From: Candidatus Poribacteria bacterium | Lineage (GTDB): Bacteria; Poribacteria; WGA-4E; WGA-3G | Length of the DNA stretch: 64,000 nucleotides | Assembly (NCBI GenBank): GCA_965197475.1 | Contig: CBDANF010000003.1 | Location: 1,408,001-1,472,000 of the forward strand | Direction: 5' to 3' | Part shown: positions 50,019 through 60,094 of the stretch, in pieces | Layout: every line of letters starts with the position of its first letter | How positions within the stretch are numbered: position 1 is the stretch's first letter | The notes under the pieces: generated by a model | Told to the model about the DNA's origin: nothing | The model's database searches: none | Seen by the model: only the letters and a program-made list of their open reading frames with translations | Made by a program: the position numbers and the translations under genes

Positions 50019-51212
50019 ATGGAACTCAAAAATCGGACTATTCTTTTAGGCGTAACCGGCGGAATTGCAATCCATCGATCGCTTGATTATGCAAGTCAAT
50101 TGATCAAATTGGGTGCTTCTGTTCACGTCGTAATGACAAAAAACGCTACAAGGTTGATAAACCCGTTACAATTTCAAGTCATCTCACGGAATTCCGTGCT
50201 ACTTGACCTGTTTGAGACAGGTGAAGATTGGAAACCCCCACATATCGATCTAGCTGACCGTGCGGATCTACTCGCCATCGTCCCCGCAACTGCAAACATA
50301 CTTGGCAAGATGGCAAACGGCATTGCAGATGATGCGCTTTCTACCGTTGCTGTTTCTGTCCACTGTCCGATTCTCATAGCACCTGCGATGAACGGACACA
50401 TGTATCAAAACCCATTTGTACAAAAGAATATAGCTGCACTCAGTAAACAAGGGGTGGAATTCGTTGAACCTGCAAGCGGTGATCTCGCGTGTGGTTATGA
50501 AGGCATAGGTCGCTTGAGTCCGATAGACATCATTTTTGAGCGGACAAGGGAAATGCTGGGATCCTGCCAAGATTTGCATGGCAAGCGAATTCTCGTCACA
50601 ACAGGGGCTACGCGAGAATACCTTGACCCAATCAGGTTTATCACAAACGGTTCAAGCGGAAAGATGGGATATGCGCTTGCCGAAGCAGCGGCACGCCGGG
50701 GCGCAATTGTTCATTTGATTAGCGGACATGCAACAGTACCGCCGCCTCAAGGTATTGAAATTTGCCACGTTAACACAACACTGGAGATGCACGAGGCTGT
50801 CCTGCAAAAGTTTAATGAAACCGATATCGTCGTTATGGCAGCTGCCCCTGTTGATTACCGTCCTGCAGAATTTACACCGCATAAGATCAAAAAACACAAC
50901 GACACATTAACGATCGCTTTACAAAAAAATCCAGATACTGCCCAGATACTCGGTGGAATGAAAACGCACCAGTTAACTGTCTGCTTTGCTGCAGAAACGA
51001 ACGATGTCCTTGAAAACGCTAAAGAGAAGTTAATTCGTAAAAACTGTGACCTCATTGTAGCAAATGACATACTCGCTGAAGGTGCTGGATTTGCGGGTGA
51101 TACGAATATTGTTTCTCTTCTTGACAAAGCGAGCAATTGTGAGCAGCTACCTCTCCTTTCCAAACAAGAAGTTGCAAATGCTATCTTGGATCGGGTTGTG
51201 AAGTTGATGTAA
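50019..51212 (+). CDS. coaBC: Bifunctional phosphopantothenoylcysteine decarboxylase / synthase
   Basis: 'GVTGGIA', 'APAMN', 'LACG..G.GRL', 'DPIRFITNGSSGKMG', 'FAAET'. Confidence 0.96.
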   Translation: MELKNRTILLGVTGGIAIHRSLDYASQLIKLGASVHVVMTKNATRLINPLQFQVISRNSVLLDLFETGEDWKPPHIDLADRADLLAIVPATANILGKMANGIADDALSTVAVSVHCPILIAPAMNGHMYQNPFVQKNIAALSKQGVEFVEPASGDLACGYEGIGRLSPIDIIFERTREMLGSCQDLHGKRILVTTGATREYLDPIRFITNGSSGKMGYALAEAAARRGAIVHLISGHATVPPPQGIEICHVNTTLEMHEAVLQKFNETDIVVMAAAPVDYRPAEFTPHKIKKHNDTLTIALQKNPDTAQILGGMKTHQLTVCFAAETNDVLENAKEKLIRKNCDLIVANDILAEGAGFAGDTNIVSLLDKASNCEQLPLLSKQEVANAILDRVVKLM

Positions 51213-51228
51213 AGATAGATATAAGCAT

Positions 51229-51565
51229 ACTATAGTTTGGACAATTTACACGCTGTTCAAGTGGACTTGCTAAGAGACTGTTAGGTGTATAAAGTCAAAA
51301 ATGCTGGACACCTGTCGCCCCGTTAGGCTCAGTATCCTGGAACACCGTTTTTCTATAAACATTCTGCCCCGCTGGGGCTGCCCAAAGAGTATTTTTCTAC
51401 GAGTTCTTTCAGTCAGCAAAATCGCAGAAAATATAGATGATATAGGATCAAATATTGGTTTCCCCTACGGGCGACAGGTGTATAGCATATAATCCAGTTA
51501 ATATCTAAGGTGTTCCATCAACCTAAGTTATGACACAAGAACCCTAAAATTGTCCAAACTTTAGT
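51229..51565 (+). mobile_element. MITE of about 337 bp with 19-bp terminal inverted repeats and internal GC hairpins
   Basis: ACTATAGTTTGGACAATTT ... AAATTGTCCAAACTTTAGT (one mismatch). A solo end sits at 23705-23723. Confidence 0.75.
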
Positions 51566-51788
51566 TTAATTATGTCGGACCAAGATAATATGTTTTGGTA
51601 TATCAAGTTATTCCAAGGTAAATTATGATCGCTTTGGAAGGATATGAATAGGTCGAAATTTAAATTTACAAATTCTCTACGGAAAACCGTACAATCTTAT
51701 ACCCGGTCCTCCTTAGAGAAGCAATGTTGATGAGGTATCAAACAGATTTTTAGTCTGTTTCGTGTCTTTCAAGGAGGTATTACATTTC

Positions 51789-52656
51789 ATGAAACATTAT
51801 ATTGGTATTGTCATTTTGCACTCCTAATAAGTGTAACAATAGTTTATGCTAATGATTTAGCAATTTATTCTGGTCCCTCAAATCCAGATTGGATTTCCGC
51901 TGATGCTGTCAAGAAGAATACCGATACGATTATGAACCATGCTGGGGTAAAGGGACTCTTTAATAAGATCGAAAACTTCGGCAATGGTGATGAAGTAGGG
52001 GCAGAATCTCCGCTTGGAAAGTGGTGTGTTAATCACACAGGAAACGGTCAGCAAGATGTTATAGCCCTCGCATGTGGAACCACGCCAAGTGCGCTTTACG
52101 AGTTTCCCAACAAGATGCCAGACGGTTCCAATGTGGAAAACTTTATTGAGGCGGTAATGTTGTTATCAACCTCACAGACTGGATTTTCTACATGAGTTAT
52201 GAAGGTGGAGTTCGCAGCGCAGAAAACGGGGCAGGCGGTGCTGCAAACGTCTTTGATATCCCAGGGTTATCCTTTGATGCGCCGCGAGGGACTGGAAATC
52301 AAACACCCACAGACAACGGTAAGAAGTACATTCCATCACTTAAAGCTTTCCATTCTGATCGTCCCTGGCGCGTTGATCAGTTTGAAGGTTCAAATTGGGA
52401 TCTCGTTATTTTTGCCGAAGAAGATGCCAATAATGCTGATCCTGCAGTAGCGATTAGCAAAGAAGAAGGAGATGATGGGTTCGGTATGATTGCAGCGATG
52501 TGGCAATCAGCTACCCCGGTTTGGATTGGTACAGACCCGCGCGGTATAGGTGTCGCTGAATTCATTGAGAACTGGTTGGCAAAAAACGCCACTTTGGATG
52601 TCCACGCGAAAAACAAGTTGTCAACAACTTGGGGACATATCAAAGAAACCCGTTAA
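51789..52656 (+). pseudogene. Secreted protein with a 'KLSTTWGHIK' tail, broken by two frameshifts
   Basis: AAGGAGG RBS and ATG 51789. The frame breaks in the signal peptide and near 52150. ORFs 51932..52195 and 52192..52656 are fragments. Confidence 0.75.
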
Positions 52657-52695
52657 ATATCGCTTTAACCAATAATAGGGACAGTCGTGTGCTGT

Positions 52696-52961
52696 CCCAT
52701 AGGTGTCAATTTAGTGTGCTATATGCAAAAAAGATGCTGATTTGTGATGAAAGCAGCACCAGCGGTGCGGAATGTATAGAAAACAGTCTCTTGAACCCCG
52801 CCAAATGCCATACGCGCATTTGGCGTTGATTCGCGGGGCAGCATGCGCTTTTGGCATGCTGCATGAGGTGTCTGACAACACGTACACATATACACCTTTC
52901 GCCCCTCTGGGGCTTAGATATCCAAAATATAGGTTTATTTCCTTAAATTGACACCTATGGG
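52696..52961. mobile_element. MITE with (CC)CATAGGTGTCAATTTA ends, inserted in a terminator hairpin that it duplicated
   Basis: Inverted ends at 52696-52713 and 52944-52961. GGGACAGTCGTGTGCTGTCCC is directly repeated at 52678-52698 and 52959-52979. Confidence 0.85.
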
Positions 52962-52996
52962 ACAGTCGTGTGCTGTCCCTATGTCAATTCACTTTC

Positions 52997-53668
52997 CTAC
53001 CGAATATCTCTATACAGTTTCGCAAGTCGTTCCAATGAGAAACCTAAAAAATAAAGAAATGTGATAAGCCAGTTGATCGCTGTAGTTCTGATAATGCCAT
53101 TCTTCTCCCAACGTCGTGCCGATATATGAATCCGAGGCTTCACCATTTTCGTTTTCCCTAACCTGCACAATTCTGTAGAAAAACCCATCTCCTCCATAAT
53201 CGGGACCTGTGGAAACCCACCTATACGCTTAAAGTCGGTTTTTGACACAAAAATACCGCTATCCCCATAAAAAACCTTTAGATATTTACCGCGCATGTCT
53301 GCGATAAACTCAATAATACGGTACAGAATACTTTTGCCATCAATCTTTTGAAGAAACCCGCCACCGACATACCCCGACGATAGTGCAGACTCTACGGATT
53401 TGAATGCCCCCGACTCAAGCCACACATCTGCGTGTAAAAAGAGAAGAATGTCCCCTTCCGCTGCGGCTGCACCGGCATTCAACTGTTTTGCACGTCCTCG
53501 TTCGGATTTGATGACCTTCCCATACTTTTCTGCTATGCTGACGGAAGCGTCGGTGCTACCGCCATCAACAACAATAAGTTCATGGTTCTCCAACTCAGGT
53601 TGAAGTCGAGAGAGCGTTTTTTCCAAAACCCTTGCTTCGTTCAGAATTGGAATGATAACTGAAATCAT
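52997..53668 (-). CDS. GT2 glycosyltransferase (TIGR04283-like)
   Basis: 'SVIIP.LNE', 'VVDGGSTD', 'GRAKQLNAGA', 'FLHAD', 'YGD', 'SARRW'. Confidence 0.9.
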   Translation of the reverse strand: MISVIIPILNEARVLEKTLSRLQPELENHELIVVDGGSTDASVSIAEKYGKVIKSERGRAKQLNAGAAAAEGDILLFLHADVWLESGAFKSVESALSSGYVGGGFLQKIDGKSILYRIIEFIADMRGKYLKVFYGDSGIFVSKTDFKRIGGFPQVPIMEEMGFSTELCRLGKTKMVKPRIHISARRWEKNGIIRTTAINWLITFLYFLGFSLERLAKLYRDIR

Positions 53669-53692
53669 ATTTTCAACACAGCAAAAGCGGAC

Positions 53693-55411
53693 CTACGATG
53701 AGGTGTTATTGATATACTGATTCAGTGCCAAAATCGGAAAAACGGAAGCATAGATCGGATCACAGTATCCACCAATTACCTCCCAATAGATGCCGACACA
53801 ACTCTCTTGCCATGAACCGTTTTCTCTTTGACACTCAAGGATAAACTCAATCCCTTTTTGAGCAGCAGGGGTTTCACCACAAGCAAGCAAAAGAGCATAA
53901 GTGGACCATGCCGTCTGTTCAACTGTACTATCAGCAGGATTGCCAAACATATCTTCTCCCCATCCACCATCTGCATTCTGTGCCTGTTCCAACCAGTGAA
54001 CACCTCGTGCAATTTCCGGCGCATCTCCGATACCTGTCTTGACAAGAGCAATCAGCGCGTATGCCGTTCCGTAGGTGCGCTTTGCTAACCAGAGATCGTC
54101 CCAGAAGCCATCACGATGAATAGCAGTACGGATCCACTGAATACCACGGTTGACGGATATTTCATTTTTACCATAAACCAGTAACGCCTCAATAGCATGT
54201 GCAGTAATGCTAACACAGCCAACATCACCTTGTCCGGGTTGATACGTGCTCCAACTTCCATCTGCTCCTTGATGCTGTTTCAACCATTCAATACCATGTT
54301 GAATAGCACTGTTTGCATCTGCAGATGATAGTTTTGCTTGAATTACGGCAAGGGTTGCCAACGCAGTGTCATCCGCATCACTCGGAAGAGAACTATCACG
54401 CATACCGGAAAATGCCCACCCACCGTCAGCATTTTGATGGTCAACAAGCCACTGCACTGCTTTATAGATCGCCTTCGCACTGATATTATATCTTGCATCA
54501 ACCTCTGTCAAGGCGATTATGCTTAGGGCAGTATCCCACACGTTGAGGTTTAACGCTTCTCGATACCCGCCATCTGGATTCTGTGTCCCACGCAGCCATT
54601 CAATACCCATCTTTATTAACGTTGAAATCTCGGAATCAACATCCCTATTCTTGCTTACTTCAATCAGTGCCAATACCGATAACGCAGTGATGTAATTCAC
54701 GCGAAACCAACTCCCATCGCTTAAAACCCGCGCTTTCAACCACGCTACCAGCGAATTAACGATTTCCAGACGTTTAGTTGTATTTAACTCTATCAAGATA
54801 AAGACAGGAACTAATGTATGTTGCTCGGCAATAAACAACTCGTCAAATAGAGAAGTGTTGAAAAGGTCAACAGGAGGGAGTCGGTTTCTCGGAGGTTTTA
54901 ACAAAGCACGCAGCTGTGGGATGCGCGTTAAGAGTTTGACGATTTTCATTAACGGCAGAGCCTTTTTAGAAACAATCAATTTCTGCCAGTCAAACCGATT
55001 GAAAGCCGCGTAGGCGAGCTTAACTAATGCAAGTTCAAGCGGGTACTGTGGAATGCGTGACACCGTATCCTGAAGCCGTGGAGTTGAAGCACTCTCAGAA
55101 ACCTGTTCCAAAATCAATCGGGAAAACAACGTTGCATCCGGATTTGACTGATTTGCAGCATCCAATCCCCATGCACCATCACCGTTCTGATTTTTAATCA
55201 ACCAGTCAACCAATGCCGGTTCTGGTGTTTTACCTTGTGCGAATTGGACCCATGCGTAAGCGCAAGACGGAAACGTACTTGAGGAGAGCTGTCCTTCAAA
55301 GTTCCCATCCGCATACTGCTGCGTCAGCAAAAAATCGATGCCACGTGCTAAAGCAGATGTAGCTTGTTCCTTAACTTTTGTATTCAGTTGGAGTGTTTGA
55401 CTTTGTGTCAT
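53693..55411 (-). CDS. Squalene-hopene-cyclase-like triterpene cyclase
   Basis: Multiple QW repeats (QNGDGAW, QNADGGW, QRENGSW), 'VWDTAL', and the catalytic 'DADDTA' (DxDD). Confidence 0.85.
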   Translation of the reverse strand: MTQSQTLQLNTKVKEQATSALARGIDFLLTQQYADGNFEGQLSSSTFPSCAYAWVQFAQGKTPEPALVDWLIKNQNGDGAWGLDAANQSNPDATLFSRLILEQVSESASTPRLQDTVSRIPQYPLELALVKLAYAAFNRFDWQKLIVSKKALPLMKIVKLLTRIPQLRALLKPPRNRLPPVDLFNTSLFDELFIAEQHTLVPVFILIELNTTKRLEIVNSLVAWLKARVLSDGSWFRVNYITALSVLALIEVSKNRDVDSEISTLIKMGIEWLRGTQNPDGGYREALNLNVWDTALSIIALTEVDARYNISAKAIYKAVQWLVDHQNADGGWAFSGMRDSSLPSDADDTALATLAVIQAKLSSADANSAIQHGIEWLKQHQGADGSWSTYQPGQGDVGCVSITAHAIEALLVYGKNEISVNRGIQWIRTAIHRDGFWDDLWLAKRTYGTAYALIALVKTGIGDAPEIARGVHWLEQAQNADGGWGEDMFGNPADSTVEQTAWSTYALLLACGETPAAQKGIEFILECQRENGSWQESCVGIYWEVIGGYCDPIYASVFPILALNQYINNTSS

Positions 55412-55591
55412 CGCTTAAGGCTATCCATGACGCGGATTAGAAATGAAATGTGACAGAAGTATAGCTGATATTTCTTACAAAGGTGCAGAACCTAATAACA
55501 ATCAACACAAAGTAGACATATCGTCATGAAATGCGATCTGTTTTGTAGATTTTGCTTAACTTTTGCGCATGGGATATCATCCTAATTAACA

Positions 55592-55630
55592 AAACTTACC
55601 TCTCAAACTTACCTCTCAAACTTACCTCTC
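55592..55630 (+). repeat. Perfect 3 x 13-bp tandem repeat AAACTTACCTCTC
   Basis: Directly visible, just upstream of an AGGAGG RBS. Confidence 0.9.
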
Positions 55631-55739
55631 AATTGAGAATTAGGAGGACATCTCATGCAACATCAGATTATCAAATCCACTATATTTTTTCAAGTACTTC
55701 TTTATTCCTGTCAGAGCCATTCAATTGTCACAATAGACT

Positions 55740-55850
55740 CTTGTGGGAGGGCTTTGTCCGCCCGATTTATCGGTGTTGAAAACGCATCCCACAAGAATAC
55801 TAACCGCCGACTGCTATTCGTTGGGTTTCGCAAACTCAACCCAACCTACG
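55740..55850. repeat. REP-like cluster
   Basis: TTGTGGGAGGG...CCCACAA and GTTGGGTTTCGCAAACTCAACCCAACCTAC. Related units at 60170-60285. Confidence 0.65.
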
Positions 55851-55878
55851 ACTTGATTAGGAGTATTCTGATAAAGTA

Positions 55879-57029
55879 ATACCATTTCTTGTATATTTAT
55901 CCTTTTAAAGATTTTCAATTCCTGCTACACTTTTTTCAATTTTACAAATCATAGGATTGACACCAATGTACATAAAGCCTCCACAGATTACAGAAAGTGT
56001 TTCAGAGTTGAAAAGCCTGTTGAGAAAGACACCCGTAGGTTATCAAAAGCAAAGATTGACAGCCATTTACCTATTTCGCAGTGGTCAAGCGACAACTCGC
56101 AAACAAGCAGCCGCGCTGATAGGTGTTAACCGAAAAACGATTGGACACTGGATATCGACTTATGAGTCCGAAGGGCTTGATGCGCTTTTGGATCGTGATT
56201 ATTCCCCGGGGCATTCCCTCGGCTATCTAAAGAACAACAAGATCTGTTGCGGGCGGAACTTGAAAAACCGGAGGGTTTTTCAAGTTATCAACAGATAACA
56301 GACTATATTGCCGAAACCTTCGGTGTCCAAATGCACTATAAAACTGTTCACGCGTTAGTTCGCTATAAATGGAAAGCCAAACTCAAAGTGCCTCGCAAAA
56401 GTCATAAAAAATCAAAAAGCGTGTGATGCGTTCGCTGCCAACTTCGCGACAACCGTTGAGAACGTGATTTCGCAGCACACATCATCTTTTCAAAACGCCC
56501 GACTTGTTTGCCAAGATGAGTCAAGATGTGGTCTTTTGCCTGTGTCGTCTCGGCGTATTACTGTGTCCGGTGTCAAACCGATTGCCAACATCAATTACAC
56601 TTTCCAGAACCTTTATCTATACGGTGCTGTGGAACCGATAACAGGAGAAAGTTTCTTCCTTGAAATGCCCTGGCTCAATGGTGTCTGTTTCCAAGTATTC
56701 ATTGATGAGTTAGCAAAGACTTTTCCAGAGACGCTAAATGTCCTTGTGCTTGATAATGGTCGTTTTCATCAGGCGAAATCGCTACAACTTCCTGACAACA
56801 TCGCCTTGATTTTTCTACCCCCTTATAGTCCAGAGTTGAACCCGATCGAAAGACTCTGGCAAGACATCAAAGCCAAATTGTTTCAGCACACATTGGGGTC
56901 AATAGAGGAAATGCAGGACAAAATCACACAAATCTTGAGAAAGTATACGAAGGCAGCTATTGCTCAAATCACAAATTTTAAATATTTCACGAAAGTCGCA
57001 AATGGAATATAATTATTCAGAAATGGTAT
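55879..57029 (+). mobile_element. IS630-family element with a fragmented transposase (55957..57012)
   Basis: Inverted repeats ATACCATTTCT with a TA duplication. HTH ORF, then 'QDESR', 'LDNGRFH', 'LPPYSPELNPIERLW'. Frame breaks near 56210 and 56410. Confidence 0.92.
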
Positions 57030-57139
57030 TACACCAAGCGCACGTTACTATAGTTTGCATCTGTTCGTCAAACATGGTACCATGTTTACACAAGAACGGA
57101 AAACAACACATTGTTGTGCTATGAAAGGACGAGGCATTT

Positions 57140-57856
57140 ATGGATAACTGCTGTCACGATAAAACTGATGAACTTGAAGAACTCCGTGAACGACAATCCA
57201 AAACACTATGGATTGTGCTTGGCATTAACGGTGCCATGTTCTGCTTAGAATTATTTGTTGGTTTATTGGCAGGTTCAGTGGCGTTGCAAGCCGATTCACT
57301 TGATATGTTGAGTGATACTTTGGTTTACGGATTCAGTCTCTATGCAATTGGTAAAAGTAACCGATGGCGTGCTGGTTCAGCCCTGCTCAAAGGTAGTATT
57401 ATGGCGATCTTTGGTATCGGCGTATTGTTCCAAAGTGTTCATAGGTTCGTCGCGGGCGGTATTCCGGAGTCACGCTTCATGTTTTTTATGAGTGCGCTTG
57501 CTTTGATAGCAAACGCCAGTTGTCTTTTTCTTTTGTCCAGACATAAAGCAGATGATATAAACATGCGCTCAACGTGGTTGTGCTCCCGCAATGATATTAT
57601 TGCAAATACAAGCGTTCTTTTAGCAGCGGCACTCGTTGCTATTACCCAATCTAAGTTGCCAGACGTAGTGGTGGGTTTACTTATTACAACTATCTTTCTC
57701 AAGTCCGCTATCTCTATTCTGAGGGACTCGTATAGAGAATTGCGTCAACCAGTTGCACCACCTTCCAAATTCCCTGTTCCCAATCTTGTGCCAATGCAGG
57801 ATCTCTGCAAGGCAGGAATCTGTCCAGCGAATGCTTGCCAATGTGAAGGCATATAG
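57140..57856 (+). CDS. Cation diffusion facilitator (CDF) family transporter
   Basis: 'GSVALQADSLDM..D', 'NMRSTWLCSRND', and Cys/His-rich termini. Confidence 0.9.
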   Translation: MDNCCHDKTDELEELRERQSKTLWIVLGINGAMFCLELFVGLLAGSVALQADSLDMLSDTLVYGFSLYAIGKSNRWRAGSALLKGSIMAIFGIGVLFQSVHRFVAGGIPESRFMFFMSALALIANASCLFLLSRHKADDINMRSTWLCSRNDIIANTSVLLAAALVAITQSKLPDVVVGLLITTIFLKSAISILRDSYRELRQPVAPPSKFPVPNLVPMQDLCKAGICPANACQCEGI

Positions 57857-57939
57857 CAAAATCTAAATACAATCAATCTCTGTGACACGCTTTTTGATCG
57901 TGTTATTAACAGTGGTAAAGATTGTAGGCTTAATATAAA

Positions 57940-58085
57940 AATAGAGGTAGCGATCCGAAGATTGCTACCTCCATAAATCGAGATTTGGTTAGCGCGCCTA
58001 CCCAAATCTCGATTTTGTAAGCGCGCCTTATAGGGGAGAGGGACAGACGCACTTACACCGTTAAGGCACACACGGTGTGCCTAAT
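57940..58085. repeat. REP-like hairpin cluster
   Basis: GAGGTAGCGATCCGAAGATTGCTACCTC, GCGCGCCTACC, TTTGTAAGCGCGCC, AGGCACACACGGTGTGCCT. Confidence 0.65.
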
Positions 58086-58172
58086 ACCTTGCAGGACATT
58101 TATCAGAATATCTTGATCAAAAATAAAATGGTATAAACACATGGATAATTCTGACGAAAACCTAAATTATTG

Positions 58173-58188
58173 AGCAAGTTTCATGCCA
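58173..58188 (-). promoter_or_regulatory. Sigma54 (-24/-12) promoter
   Basis: Minus strand reads TGGCAT-GAAAC-TTGCT; divergent from the sigma54 activator gene. Confidence 0.65.
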
Positions 58189-58410
58189 GTACTTTAATAA
58201 AACCCAACATTTACGTCAGAATTATTGAACCCAAACGATATTTTGATTTTCAATGCCTCTGAAACATAGATATACATTGGGTTTTTCAGAAAATCGAAAA
58301 TAATCTTTTTTCTTCTAAAAATTACTGTCATTGAAAAAGGAAATCTATTTATAATTTGCTTTTCTACTCAAGGACGCAAAAATTGTAGGACACAGCGCAA
58401 ATTCGTGTTT

Positions 58411-58453
58411 TACCATGCAAAAATTGATACGCTCATACAATTTTTGCATGGTA
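58411..58453. promoter_or_regulatory. Perfect 16-bp inverted repeat, candidate enhancer/operator
   Basis: TACCATGCAAAAATTG-N11-CAATTTTTGCATGGTA. Confidence 0.55.
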
Positions 58454-58702
58454 TCTCCTTGGAATTTCTGCTTCTGTTTCTGAGCAAAAAGTCAATAAAG
58501 TGCAAGATGTAGCGAAAATCAAGTCAACTAAAACCAAAATCCAACGTTAATAGAGAAAACAATGTGCTGCATTGTATCTCCTACAAAGCAAGTATAATTG
58601 GCACGTGGTAATGACGCACCGCACCGCTATCTGCTTTTAGGAATATAATTCCTCAAACTTAATATACTTCGTCCAGACTAAAATATACTTAAGGAGCACA
58701 TT

Positions 58703-59812
58703 ATGAACAATCAACCAGCATTCATCGAATTGCCATCAGCACAAATGCAGGTGATTTATAAAACAATAAAGCAGGTTGTAAAATCAAATATTCCGTTTTT
58801 AATAACAGGCGAAACAGGGGTTGGCAAAGAAGGAATTGCAAAATTTATTCACGAAAATAGCCCGCGTCGGGACAAACCTTTTGTAGCCATCAACTGTGGT
58901 AGATTTTCCGCTGAACTCCTGCAAAGTGAACTTTTTGGTCATGAGGCTGGGGCGTTTACCAGCGCAATACGCCAGCGGCAGGGCGCATTTGAACAGGCGA
59001 ACGGTGGAATCCTCTTTTTAGATGAGGTGCCCGAAATGTCTCTCAATGCACAGAAAATGCTTCTCCGCGTCTTAGACACAACCAAATTCACAAGACTTGG
59101 CGGAAATCAAGTATTGACAGTAGATGTACATATTCTCACTGCAACAAACAGGGATATTGAAAAAGTTGTTGCGAAAAAGAAATTTAGAGAAGACCTTTAC
59201 TACCGCCTCAAGGGTATGATACTTCATCTGCCGCCTCTACGGAAACGCGCTGAGGATATACCTCCCTTGGTGGAAACTTTCATTCGTGAATTCAGTGCCG
59301 ACTATGGTAAAAACGTTAAAGGGATTTCTCCAGAGGCACTCACTCGACTTGAGCAAGCAGCGTGGCCAGGCAATATCCGGCAGCTTAGAAGCACTATTCA
59401 AATTGCTATCGCGCTCGCCACGACTGACCAACTTGAGTCTAAAGAGTTCCCAAATATCTACCCTGAGTTCTTACAAACGCTAATCTCTACTTGGAGGATA
59501 CTTCCATCACAGACGCAACATGCAATATGGGAAGCACTCCATCCAGAGACACAACACATAATTATGCATGAATTTTCTACTCAGTTACCTCAACCGTGGC
59601 ATCGCATAAGAAATTCCCACGGTGTAAGCACTGAAGTAGAAGAGGAACCGCTTGATATAAAAAATATGAATCAGAATCAAATTCTACGAACCGTTGCCCA
59701 GAAGCGCATTCAAAAATACATATCCCTACGTGAGGCGGCAGAATCGTTAGGGATTGATATCCGAACGCTTCAGCGGCACGCACAATGGAATGAATCTGGT
59801 GTTGAAAACTAA
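58703..59812 (+). CDS. Sigma54-interacting enhancer-binding protein lacking an N-terminal sensor domain
   Basis: 'GETGVGKE', 'SELFGHEAGAFTSA', 'LFLDEV', 'FREDLYYRL', 'WPGNIRQL', and a C-terminal HTH. Confidence 0.92.
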   Translation: MNNQPAFIELPSAQMQVIYKTIKQVVKSNIPFLITGETGVGKEGIAKFIHENSPRRDKPFVAINCGRFSAELLQSELFGHEAGAFTSAIRQRQGAFEQANGGILFLDEVPEMSLNAQKMLLRVLDTTKFTRLGGNQVLTVDVHILTATNRDIEKVVAKKKFREDLYYRLKGMILHLPPLRKRAEDIPPLVETFIREFSADYGKNVKGISPEALTRLEQAAWPGNIRQLRSTIQIAIALATTDQLESKEFPNIYPEFLQTLISTWRILPSQTQHAIWEALHPETQHIIMHEFSTQLPQPWHRIRNSHGVSTEVEEEPLDIKNMNQNQILRTVAQKRIQKYISLREAAESLGIDIRTLQRHAQWNESGVEN

Positions 59813-59816
59813 TACT

Positions 59817-59935
59817 ACGTGAGCTCGGTGTAAAAGATATGAAGTTCTTAGTGCTTTGGATTCTACTTTCATAGCCACGGTCGGTGCGGTTTCTAACCGC
59901 ACCGATCCAAAAAATTACTTATGCCGAGCTCACGT
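59817..59935. mobile_element. 119-bp MITE with IS982-like ends carrying a REP hairpin
   Basis: ACGTGAGCTCGG...CCGAGCTCACGT, with internal TCGGTGCGGTTTCTAACCGCACCGA. Confidence 0.75.
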
Positions 59936-60094
59936 TATGTTATAAATATACTATACCTGACCAATTTAGTCAAATTAATTTTCAGAAAAATTAAACTCAG
60001 TGTTTAATCTTAACGTGTATTTTGATTTGAACAAACCGAATTATGGTGAAAAGTTAAATATGTGAACATTTGCCTATGGGTGTCCGTGTCCTAA

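Noticed and set aside
58599-58615. Plus-strand sigma54 promoter (TGGCAC) for the activator gene
   Set aside because: The -12 element is not TTGC (it reads AATG).
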